From NCBI GenBank assembly GCA_944321495.1, contig CALULP010000045.1, positions 1 through 24,000 on the forward strand: 24,000 nt of DNA. Reading direction: 5' to 3'. The notes beneath the pieces are model-generated. The model did no database searches, was not told the origin of the DNA, and saw nothing but the letters and a program-made list of their open reading frames with translations. This document shows, one piece after another, positions 1-7,337 of this stretch. Position 1 is the stretch's first letter; each line of letters starts with the position of its first letter. The translations under genes were made by a program, and so were the position numbers. The stretch is from an uncultured Bacteroides sp. (GTDB taxonomy: Bacteria > Bacteroidota > Bacteroidia > Bacteroidales > Bacteroidaceae).

Positions 1-2
1 AC

Positions 3-269
3 GATAGTCAGACTGAACAGATGCAAACAGTTCTTGACCAGCTGGCTGAGCCTTCTGTGCGGGAACGAATCTTCTCTATCGCTGATGCTTTGATTGGCGG
101 ACAACCTGTTGCTGTTTCATCCGGCGGAGGCGGTGGCAACGCCGATTCCGACCTTCGCTGGGATGGAAGAAGGCCGGATGAGGAGGAAGAGGTGTATCGG
201 AGAAGATGTTTGATGCAGGCTTTTAAGGTTGTGCAGGTTCATAATAGGAAAAGTTATAGGAGGAATTGA
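3..269 (+). CDS. C-terminal fragment (5' end outside window) of a putative relaxase/mobilization protein
   Basis: Reading frame is open to the left edge and ends at 269. The Gly-rich linker plus 'DLRWDGRRPDEEEEVYRRRCLMQAFKVV' tail resembles C-termini of Bacteroides mobilization/relaxase proteins. Family recognition from the tail only. Confidence 0.45.
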   Translation, partial: DSQTEQMQTVLDQLAEPSVRERIFSIADALIGGQPVAVSSGGGGGNADSDLRWDGRRPDEEEEVYRRRCLMQAFKVVQVHNRKSYRRN

Positions 270-367
270 ATTGGACTATCCATATTGATAACTTGAATGA
301 AACGCAAAGAAATATATTTTAATTGAAAGTATTTTGTGGAAAATGTTCAACCTATAATATAATTCGT

Positions 368-375
368 TAAATTTG
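368..375 (+). promoter_or_regulatory. Possible Bacteroides -7 element (TAAATTTG) upstream of the XRE regulator
   Basis: Matches TAnnTTTG, 24 nt before the ATG at 399. No good TTTG -33 at the usual spacing. Confidence 0.3.
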
Positions 376-398
376 CGCTAATATACACACTATGATAT

Positions 399-626
399 AT
401 GGCAGACATCAATAGAATAAAAGTAATTCTCGTTGAGAAGAAAAAAACCAATAAGTGGTTGGCAGACCAAATTGGCAAAGATCAGGCTACGGTAAGTAAA
501 TGGTGTACCAATACTACCCAACCCAGCCTTGATACATTGGTGGAAATTGCTCGTATTCTTGAAGTTGATGTTCGGGAATTGCTCGTCCCGACAGATGCTC
601 AAAAGATAATGATGACCGTATTGTAA
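399..626 (+). CDS. XRE/Cro-family helix-turn-helix regulator, possible controller of the R-M system
   Basis: 75 aa. HTH signature 'KTNKWLADQIGKDQATVSKWCTNTTQPSLDTLVEIARILEVDVREL'. Located 18 nt upstream of the methyltransferase gene. Confidence 0.85.
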   Translation: MADINRIKVILVEKKKTNKWLADQIGKDQATVSKWCTNTTQPSLDTLVEIARILEVDVRELLVPTDAQKIMMTVL

Positions 627-643
627 ATAGTTTTTAATAAGAA

Positions 644-1744
644 ATGCATACTACACATTCTATATACTTTGCTTTTTCACAAAATATGCAGTGCATAAAT
701 GATGCAACTGTAGATTTGGTAGTTACTTCTCCTCCATATCCAATGATTGAGATGTGGGACGAGATAATGGCTATGCAAAATCCAAACATCTCTAACGCTT
801 TAAATGACAATCCAACATTGGCTTTTGAACTGATGCATCGAGAACTTGATAAGGTGTGGGCAGAATGCTATCGTGTAATTAAAGACGGAGGTTTGATGTG
901 TGTAAATATTGGTGATGCCACTCGAACTATTAACAAAAATTTTCAACTTTATAACAATCATACTCGTATTGTTGAAGCCTGTCTAAAACTTGGATTTATT
1001 AATTTACCCAATATTATATGGCGTAAACAGACTAATGCTCCCAATAAGTTCATGGGCAGTGGAATGTTGCCTTGTGGTGCCTATGTAACTTTAGAACATG
1101 AATGGATTCTCGTTTTTCGCAAAGGTGGCAAACGCGACTATAAAAAGGATTCGGACAAAGCCATCCGTCGCAAAAGTTCGTTTTTCTGGGAGGAGCGTAA
1201 TAAATGGTTCTCAGATTTGTGGGAAATAAAGGGCGTAAAGCAGAAGATCAATAACTCGCAAACGCGCGAACGCAATGCGTCTTACCCTTTGGAGATTCCA
1301 TATCGCTTAATAAATATGTATTCGCAACAAGGAGATACGATACTTGATCCTTTTTGTGGTCTTGGGACAACTGCTATTGCAGCTATGCTTACATGCCGTA
1401 ATAGTATTGGAGTAGATATTGATAAGGCATTAGAACCTTCAATTCGGGATAATATTGAGGGACTGCAAATTGATATGTTGAATGCACTCATAGCAGATCG
1501 ATATAATAAACATTTGGACTTTGTTAAGGAGAGAGAGGAGCAAGGTAAGGAATTAAAGTATGAGAATTCTAATTTGATGTGTAAGGTGATGACTTCACAA
1601 GAAGTGGACATTAATTTATACTATCTTGATAGTATAACCCTTAAGACAGATAAAACTCTGACTTATGAATGTACTTATTTTGATGATGTAGCCATTAATG
1701 AATATGTTCCTAATAACAGGAATACACTATTCTTTAGGATATGA
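644..1744 (+). CDS. Site-specific DNA methyltransferase, beta-class order (motif IV TSPPY before motif I DPFCGLGTT), likely N4-cytosine type
   Basis: 366 aa with 'VVTSPPYPMIEMWDE' and 'GDTILDPFCGLGTTAIAAMLTCRNSIGVDID'. Confidence 0.88.
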   Translation: MHTTHSIYFAFSQNMQCINDATVDLVVTSPPYPMIEMWDEIMAMQNPNISNALNDNPTLAFELMHRELDKVWAECYRVIKDGGLMCVNIGDATRTINKNFQLYNNHTRIVEACLKLGFINLPNIIWRKQTNAPNKFMGSGMLPCGAYVTLEHEWILVFRKGGKRDYKKDSDKAIRRKSSFFWEERNKWFSDLWEIKGVKQKINNSQTRERNASYPLEIPYRLINMYSQQGDTILDPFCGLGTTAIAAMLTCRNSIGVDIDKALEPSIRDNIEGLQIDMLNALIADRYNKHLDFVKEREEQGKELKYENSNLMCKVMTSQEVDINLYYLDSITLKTDKTLTYECTYFDDVAINEYVPNNRNTLFFRI

Positions 1745-2715
1745 TTGAGCCTACCGTACATAAACTCATCAATGGAGATAGCCGTTGCATGTCACTGATT
1801 CCAGATTGCTCAGTGCAACTTATAGTTACGTCGCCACCATACTGGCAATTAAAGGACTACGGTTCAGATGAGCAGATAGGATTCAATGATACATATGAGC
1901 AGTATATTAATAGCCTTAACCTTGTGTGGAGTGAATGTTATCGTGTTCTATCAAATGGATGTAGGTTGTGTATCAATGTTGGTGATCAATTTGCTCGTTC
2001 TGTCTATTATGGACGCTATAAGGTTATACCAATTCATTCTGAAATAATTCGTTTCTGTGAAACTATCGGTTTTGACTACATGGGTAGCATTGTATGGCAA
2101 AAGCCTACAAATATGCATACCACTGGAGGGCAGAAAGTAATGGGTAGTTATCCATATCCTCGTAATGGCATAGTTAAATTTGATTTCGAGCATATTCTCC
2201 TTTTTAAAAAGTTAGGAAATGCTCCACTTGTAAATAATTCAGTGCGTAAGCAATCAGTACTAACAGATGAAGAATGGCAAAGATATTTCTCTTCGCATTG
2301 GACTTTTGGTGGCGCACGCCAAGATAGACACATTGCCGTATTTCCAGAGGAACTGCCTAAACGTCTCATAAAAATGTATTCTTTTGTAGGGGATACAGTC
2401 TTAGATCCATTTATAGGTAGTGGCACAACTGCACTTGCTGCTCGTAATCTTGGTCGTAATTCAATAGGTTATGAAATAAATTCTAACTTTTTAGATTATT
2501 ATAGAGAAAAAGTAACGAAAACTGAAGAATGTACTTTTTATTATGAAGTAGATGATAAGCGAATTGATATTGATTCGGCCATTAACCGATTGCCTTATCG
2601 CTTCATAGATGTGCATAAATTTAACAAACAGGTTGATGTAAAGGCAAATACATTTGGGTCGGTTATGGAAGATAAAAGCATAAATAAAAATTTGAATAAA
2701 ATGAATAAAAAATAG
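1741..2715 (+). CDS. Second site-specific DNA methyltransferase, beta-class, overlapping the first by 4 nt (ATGA)
   Basis: 324 aa with 'IVTSPPYWQLKDYG' and 'GDTVLDPFIGSGTTALAARNLGRNSIGYEI'. Confidence 0.88.
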   Translation: MIEPTVHKLINGDSRCMSLIPDCSVQLIVTSPPYWQLKDYGSDEQIGFNDTYEQYINSLNLVWSECYRVLSNGCRLCINVGDQFARSVYYGRYKVIPIHSEIIRFCETIGFDYMGSIVWQKPTNMHTTGGQKVMGSYPYPRNGIVKFDFEHILLFKKLGNAPLVNNSVRKQSVLTDEEWQRYFSSHWTFGGARQDRHIAVFPEELPKRLIKMYSFVGDTVLDPFIGSGTTALAARNLGRNSIGYEINSNFLDYYREKVTKTEECTFYYEVDDKRIDIDSAINRLPYRFIDVHKFNKQVDVKANTFGSVMEDKSINKNLNKMNKK

Positions 2716-2730
2716 AGTAGTCACATATAA

Positions 2731-2870
2731 GAATATCCTTGACTCGACTGAGTATCAGAATTAGCACTTCAATATAACTTCAGTTCAGGCAAGACAACGG
2801 ATATTCACGCCATATAGGGTGTGGATAGCGAGGTTGTTGTCTGAAGTAGGCAGTGCTAAGCCTTGATACC
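2731..2870 (+). ncRNA. Putative structured RNA or leader between methyltransferase and endonuclease genes
   Basis: Nested complementary segments: GTATCAG 2752-2758/TTGATAC 2863-2869; TTAGCACT 2761-2768/AGTGCTAA 2852-2859; ACTTCAG 2777-2783/CTGAAGT 2841-2847; ACAAC 2794-2798/GTTGT 2836-2840; CACGCC 2806-2811/GGTGTG 2818-2823. Additional complementarity: GAATATCC 2731-2738/GGATATTC 2799-2806. Strand assigned from the downstream terminator. Confidence 0.6.
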
Positions 2871-2885
2871 AATAATCTCATCCAC

Positions 2886-2924
2886 GCCCTTTTTTCTCTA
2901 TAGATTGAGGAAAAGGGGCTTTTT
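2886..2924 (+). terminator. Rho-independent-type terminator upstream of the REase gene
   Basis: GCCCTTTTTTCTC (2886-2898) and GAGGAAAAGGGGC (2907-2919) form a 13-bp stem (with G-U pairs) and 8-nt loop, followed by TTTTT. Confidence 0.78.
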
Positions 2925-2966
2925 ATATGAGAACAAAGATGGTTTTTACTATAAAAGAGTCAAGAT

Positions 2967-3560
2967 ATGAAAAAGAAAATTTACAATCAGGCTGTTGAAG
3001 AACTTTCAAATGCGGAAGCATATAATTTCCCGAAGTACACCACACAGATTATTAATCTTGTGAATAGTAATGCACAAGGAACCCGACCATCCGTTGTTGG
3101 TCAAATGTCTGAACTAATTCAAGCGTTTCCCGGTAAATCTTTGGCCGAGTGGATTGAATGGTATTCTGAACAACAACCCAATGCGGTAAATAATGCAACA
3201 GACAAAATTTGGTCTAAGTTACAAGAAATGAAAGATGCTGTTGCTCTTATAGATAAGCCAATGGTCGAAGCATGGGTAAAGGATTTGGTTTATACTAAGA
3301 CATATTGTGGTTTGAAATTTCAAGAAGCTATCCTTGCATATTTGGCTCGTGAATATAATACCACCTATCGTTTAGCCTCCATTGAAGAAGAGTCTCAAGG
3401 CATAGATGGTTATTTGAACAATAACCCAGTCCAAATAAAATCTATTACATATAAGCAGGAAGCACTTTTGTCAGAGGTCATTAATGTTCCCATCATATAC
3501 TATGATAAAAAGAAAGATGGTATTAACATTGAATTTGAACCGAATGATTTTGGATTATAA
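2967..3560 (+). CDS. Type II restriction endonuclease, MjaI-family-like
   Basis: 197 aa. N-terminal 'FPKYTTQIINLVNSNAQGTRPSVVGQMSELIQAFPGKSLAEWIEWY' and 'KTYCGLKFQEAILAYLA' are recognised as MjaI-type REase sequence. Located next to paired methyltransferases. Confidence 0.75.
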   Translation: MKKKIYNQAVEELSNAEAYNFPKYTTQIINLVNSNAQGTRPSVVGQMSELIQAFPGKSLAEWIEWYSEQQPNAVNNATDKIWSKLQEMKDAVALIDKPMVEAWVKDLVYTKTYCGLKFQEAILAYLAREYNTTYRLASIEEESQGIDGYLNNNPVQIKSITYKQEALLSEVINVPIIYYDKKKDGINIEFEPNDFGL

Positions 3561-3588
3561 AGTGTAGTAATAAAAAAGTAATAATTTG

Positions 3589-4550
3589 AATCAGTAGTTG
3601 AAAATAAGGTATAAAAAAGCGATAGCAATCTTACCCATCGTATGAATTAGGAGTCCGCAAGTAGAGCGACACTTACCAGCTCTTTGAATATCTGTTTTTT
3701 CGTTCAGCCAGCTGAAGAGGGCCTCAATGGGTTCCCTGACAGATGAAACGGCTTGAGAATAAAGGTCATCAGCGGCCTTGCACCACTGCTTTTCTTTCTC
3801 AGAAGCCCCTTTGATGGACTTGACAGGAGCATAGAACTCATTGGCCTTGTCGCGTCTCTCCCGCTCCCAGTAGTCACGGCTCCGGTATATCTTGTCAGCG
3901 AAGATATTCTTGTTGAAAAGATCCGGCACGCATTCGCTCTGGAAGACCTTCAGGTCATTCTCTGAGGCAGGAGACAGCGCTATCTGGCACGGATGAGGAA
4001 GATGTCCTTTCCTGCGATAGCCTACCATGTGAAGCTTCAGTCCATGATAGTACAGGTTCTTGGTAGAACAGTATCCCTTGTCAGCGATATCCCTGGCGAC
4101 CTTGCCGGTACGGTTTCTGCCGCAGCATGTGATTATCGGCATTGAGTCAACAATGACGGTATCTTCCTGACAATCAGAAGGCTTGAACATGCGCAACAAC
4201 TGCGAGGACAGTTCCGTGACAGCTCCGGCCATCCTGTTGAGACGGTAATTGAATGTCTGATAGGACACCAGCTTTGGGAACCACTCCCGCAGGTACTCTT
4301 TAGCGAAGTTGTGAATATCCTTGATGAGGGTGTACTTCTGCTCATGACCGACAAAGAAATAAATCGTAAGAATTTCCTCGTCGGAGAACAACGGTTTCGA
4401 ATTATTGCTGTATCTTTGGCAATGGTATTTGAGACTCTGTTCGTACATATCGCAGATATACATATAGATTTTTATTAGTCTATACTCTTTGTCCTTGGGA
4501 ATCATAACAAGCAAAAAATAGGGGTATTTTTTACTTTTAAGTTACTGATT
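3589..4550 (-). mobile_element. IS982-family-like insertion sequence (approximate extent from imperfect terminal inverted repeats)
   Basis: GAATCAGTAGTTGAAAA at the left end matches imperfectly the reverse complement of the right end (AAATCAGTAACTTAAAA), with an identical AATCAGTA core at 3589-3596 and 4543-4550. These flank the transposase ORF. Exact outer ends and target duplication not resolved. Confidence 0.6.
3591..4514 (-). CDS. Transposase, IS982-family-like (DDE)
   Basis: 307 aa with 'FSDEEILTIYFF', 'DTVIVDSMPIITC', 'DKGYCSTKNLYYHGLKLHMV'. Full length, stop codon inside the TIR. Confidence 0.8.
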   Translation of the reverse strand: MLVMIPKDKEYRLIKIYMYICDMYEQSLKYHCQRYSNNSKPLFSDEEILTIYFFVGHEQKYTLIKDIHNFAKEYLREWFPKLVSYQTFNYRLNRMAGAVTELSSQLLRMFKPSDCQEDTVIVDSMPIITCCGRNRTGKVARDIADKGYCSTKNLYYHGLKLHMVGYRRKGHLPHPCQIALSPASENDLKVFQSECVPDLFNKNIFADKIYRSRDYWERERRDKANEFYAPVKSIKGASEKEKQWCKAADDLYSQAVSSVREPIEALFSWLNEKTDIQRAGKCRSTCGLLIHTMGKIAIAFLYLIFNY

Positions 4551-4643
4551 TCCAGGGACTTTTACAAGTATTTCATCCCTTAATCTTCAAATATTTACAA
4601 CTAATTTTGAGGCCTGAATGACCTCGGTTAAACTTATAAATTA

Positions 4644-4660
4644 CAGCAGTTCAACTGCTG
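4644..4660. repeat. Perfect short inverted repeat CAGCAGTT-c-AACTGCTG just upstream of the Qat operon
   Basis: 8-bp arms with 1-nt spacer, ending 17 nt before the qatA ATG. Confidence 0.7.
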
Positions 4661-4677
4661 ATTGGAATTAATAATAT

Positions 4678-6513
4678 ATGTGGCCAGATAAAGAGACTGA
4701 AATTGACTACCTAAACTTTGGATATATGGTAGACATGGTTGTGGATATTGCGACCAATCGACAGCTATCCCCATCTACTATTGGTCTATATGGTGATTGG
4801 GGTAGTGGAAAATCTACTTTAATGAGACTTGCAAAAAAGAAGATTGAGGAATGCGATCAAAAAGTTGATAGAAAGGATGGCGCATCAAAACAGAAGTCTC
4901 TTTGTATTGAATTTAATGGTTGGTTATTCGAAGGTTACGAAGATACAAAAACATCCTTGTGTGGAACTATCTTGGATGCTCTTACCGATAAAAAAAGATT
5001 CGGTCCAGAAGTGGCTGAAAAAGCTAAGGAACTTATCAAGAAGATAGATTTTAAGAAAATAGTAAGCAAAAGTGTTAAATTTGGACTGGACTTCCTGATT
5101 ACAGGTGGTATAGGAGCTCTTACAGACTTAACGCTTAGCAGTATCCTTACATCTATCAAAAATTCATCTGCGGAAATAGATGCCAAGCAAATAGAGGAAA
5201 TTCTTGAAAAATTTAAAAAGGAGGAAAATACCCGTACTGATGTAAAAAATTTCAGGAAGGAGTTTAAGGATTTGCTTGAAATGAGTAAAGTCGAACATGT
5301 TGTCGTTTTTATTGATGAATTAGACCGTTGTCAACCAGATACCATACTTGAAGTATTTGAAGCTATGCGCTTATTCCTTTTTGTAGAAGGAACGTCTTTC
5401 ATCATCGGCGCAGATGAACGCTTGATTCAGTATGCTATTAAAAGTAAATATAAAGAAGTGCCTGGAAATAATTTGGATATTGGGAAAGAGTATCTTGAAA
5501 AAGTAATACAATACCCAATAACTATTCCACAACTCAATCGTACAGAGGTTAATCAATATCTTTCTTGTCTTCTATTAGAAAAACGCCTTGAAGATAAACA
5601 TGATTTTAATCAATTGCTTTCGGTAATTAATTCATTAAAGCCTGATGAAGAATTTACGATGGAACTTATTAATGCAAAGGCACATTCAATAGCTGATTCT
5701 TGTAAGGATGAGATGGCTCTTTCGCGACAGATTTCTTCCGTTTTAGCTCCAAGTATAAATGGTAATCCACGGCAATGCAAGCGCTTTTTAAATATGCTAT
5801 ATATGCGTTTAAATTTAGCTAAAGCAAGACAAGTGAATTTGGATAGAAATATTCTTGCTAAACTTATGCTTGCTGAGTATTTTAATCCAGAGTTTTTTAA
5901 AACCGTAATAAAACCAAAGAATCGAGAACAATTCAAAGTCTTTGAAAATGGTGAACAATTGAGTGAGGATAATCCTTTTTTCAGTTGGAAAGACAAAGAT
6001 TGGGTGAAAGAATGGATAAATAATGACACTCGAATCGGTGAGGCTAAATTAGAAGAGTATGTATATTTTTCTTCCGTAAAAAATAGATATGGCCAGTCTA
6101 ACCTTAGCCAACTGAGTCCGACCGCTAAAAAATGTTACGATTTTTTGGTGGATGGTACTGAGACAAACAGAAAAGAAGCATTGAAGTTGGTGGAAAGTAT
6201 TGCACCTGGAGAAAAAGCCATTATTGCATCTGAGTTATTTTCAATAATAGAAAATTGTTCTACAATGAATATTGAGGTGCTGCGTTCCTATGCTGATTTC
6301 AGTGTGAAAGCAGGGATGATTCCTGAAGCATTGAAGAATTTAATGAGTCTTCCGGTGAATCAATATGATGTGGCATCTTATGGTCAACTTACTCCTTTTA
6401 TATTAAAACTTAGTTCTGAAGAGTCAAAGCAATTTAATACATACCTCATGACTAACAAAAAACTACAATCAACCATTGAGAGAGGTTCTCAATTAAATAA
6501 AATATTAGAATAA
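4678..6513 (+). CDS. qatA: QatA: KAP-family P-loop ATPase of the Qat anti-phage system
   Basis: 611 aa. Walker A 'GDWGSGKSTLM', Walker B 'HVVVFIDELDRCQPD', KAP-like 'FEAMRLFLFVEGTSFIIGADE'. First gene of a four-gene ABCD-ordered operon. Confidence 0.9.
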   Translation: MWPDKETEIDYLNFGYMVDMVVDIATNRQLSPSTIGLYGDWGSGKSTLMRLAKKKIEECDQKVDRKDGASKQKSLCIEFNGWLFEGYEDTKTSLCGTILDALTDKKRFGPEVAEKAKELIKKIDFKKIVSKSVKFGLDFLITGGIGALTDLTLSSILTSIKNSSAEIDAKQIEEILEKFKKEENTRTDVKNFRKEFKDLLEMSKVEHVVVFIDELDRCQPDTILEVFEAMRLFLFVEGTSFIIGADERLIQYAIKSKYKEVPGNNLDIGKEYLEKVIQYPITIPQLNRTEVNQYLSCLLLEKRLEDKHDFNQLLSVINSLKPDEEFTMELINAKAHSIADSCKDEMALSRQISSVLAPSINGNPRQCKRFLNMLYMRLNLAKARQVNLDRNILAKLMLAEYFNPEFFKTVIKPKNREQFKVFENGEQLSEDNPFFSWKDKDWVKEWINNDTRIGEAKLEEYVYFSSVKNRYGQSNLSQLSPTAKKCYDFLVDGTETNRKEALKLVESIAPGEKAIIASELFSIIENCSTMNIEVLRSYADFSVKAGMIPEALKNLMSLPVNQYDVASYGQLTPFILKLSSEESKQFNTYLMTNKKLQSTIERGSQLNKILE

Positions 6514-7337
6514 TGGGAACATCAAACTTGTATAAAGGTCCGAAAAAAACGATATTGCTACCATCAGATTATAATCCTGATCAAATACCAGAATTGAGTA
6601 ATTCTCCAGAGAATGTCCCGGAGCAAGAGTTACCTTCAACTGACCCAGAGGAGAATGAACCTGAAAAGTCTCCAATACAGCCTGTAACTTGGGGGACTGT
6701 TCGTAGTTCTATTAGAAAAGCGATGAATAATAGAAGCAGACGTAATGTTACGGATGCGATAAGAAATTATACGAAGGCTCTCGGTGGGCACACTAATGCG
6801 ACGCGTCAAGCAGTAAAAGTTAGGAATGCTGCTGGTGTACTCTATTCTTATTTTGCAGGAGCTCCAGATGTAATTCGTAAAAGATTAGAAGAAGTTGGTA
6901 TCCAATTCAGAGATAGGACAACAAAGGATATATTTCGCGATATATGTAATTTTATAACTCCTGTTCCCAATGATTTAGAGGATTCATTAGTCAACATTGC
7001 GCTGCAAGAAACATTTGCAGATGTAGCAGCTGATCCGAATATTGATCTCAGTAGGTTGGAAAGTTTCAATGAGGAATTATTACAAAGACTCATAGGAGGC
7101 TTGATGAAACATTACATATTTGATAAACTTATATTACAATCCGAGCAAACTGCACTAAAAAAATGTACGAACACAACAAAGTTGCGAGAACTGGAAAAAA
7201 ATATAAAATTTTATATTGATGGTATTGTTGATAGCATAATTCCTAAATTAGTTCGAACCGGAATGAATCCTTCCGATTTCAATCGAGCTTTGGAAGTTTT
7301 ATGTGATATGTCATATAAACAAATGGAGGAGTTATAA
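6513..7337 (+). CDS. qatB: QatB
   Basis: 274 aa starting MGTSNLYKGPKK, encoded between the KAP ATPase and QueC-like genes. Assigned from synteny and an MGTS-type start. Confidence 0.82.
   Translation: MGTSNLYKGPKKTILLPSDYNPDQIPELSNSPENVPEQELPSTDPEENEPEKSPIQPVTWGTVRSSIRKAMNNRSRRNVTDAIRNYTKALGGHTNATRQAVKVRNAAGVLYSYFAGAPDVIRKRLEEVGIQFRDRTTKDIFRDICNFITPVPNDLEDSLVNIALQETFADVAADPNIDLSRLESFNEELLQRLIGGLMKHYIFDKLILQSEQTALKKCTNTTKLRELEKNIKFYIDGIVDSIIPKLVRTGMNPSDFNRALEVLCDMSYKQMEEL

Noticed and set aside
2731-2925. Retron msr-msd or group II intron remnant explaining the folded region
   Set aside because: No reverse transcriptase ORF in the vicinity or anywhere in the window, and no recognisable intron domain V-like end. 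Not excluded by search, but unsupported.
2731-2925. Folded region as a palindromic MITE
   Set aside because: Considered because of the near-symmetrical arms. The competing pairing with the terminator, the internal-loop complementarity and the internal asymmetry favour RNA structure. No target duplication was found by eye, only a CCTTGA repeat at 2737-2742/2861-2866.
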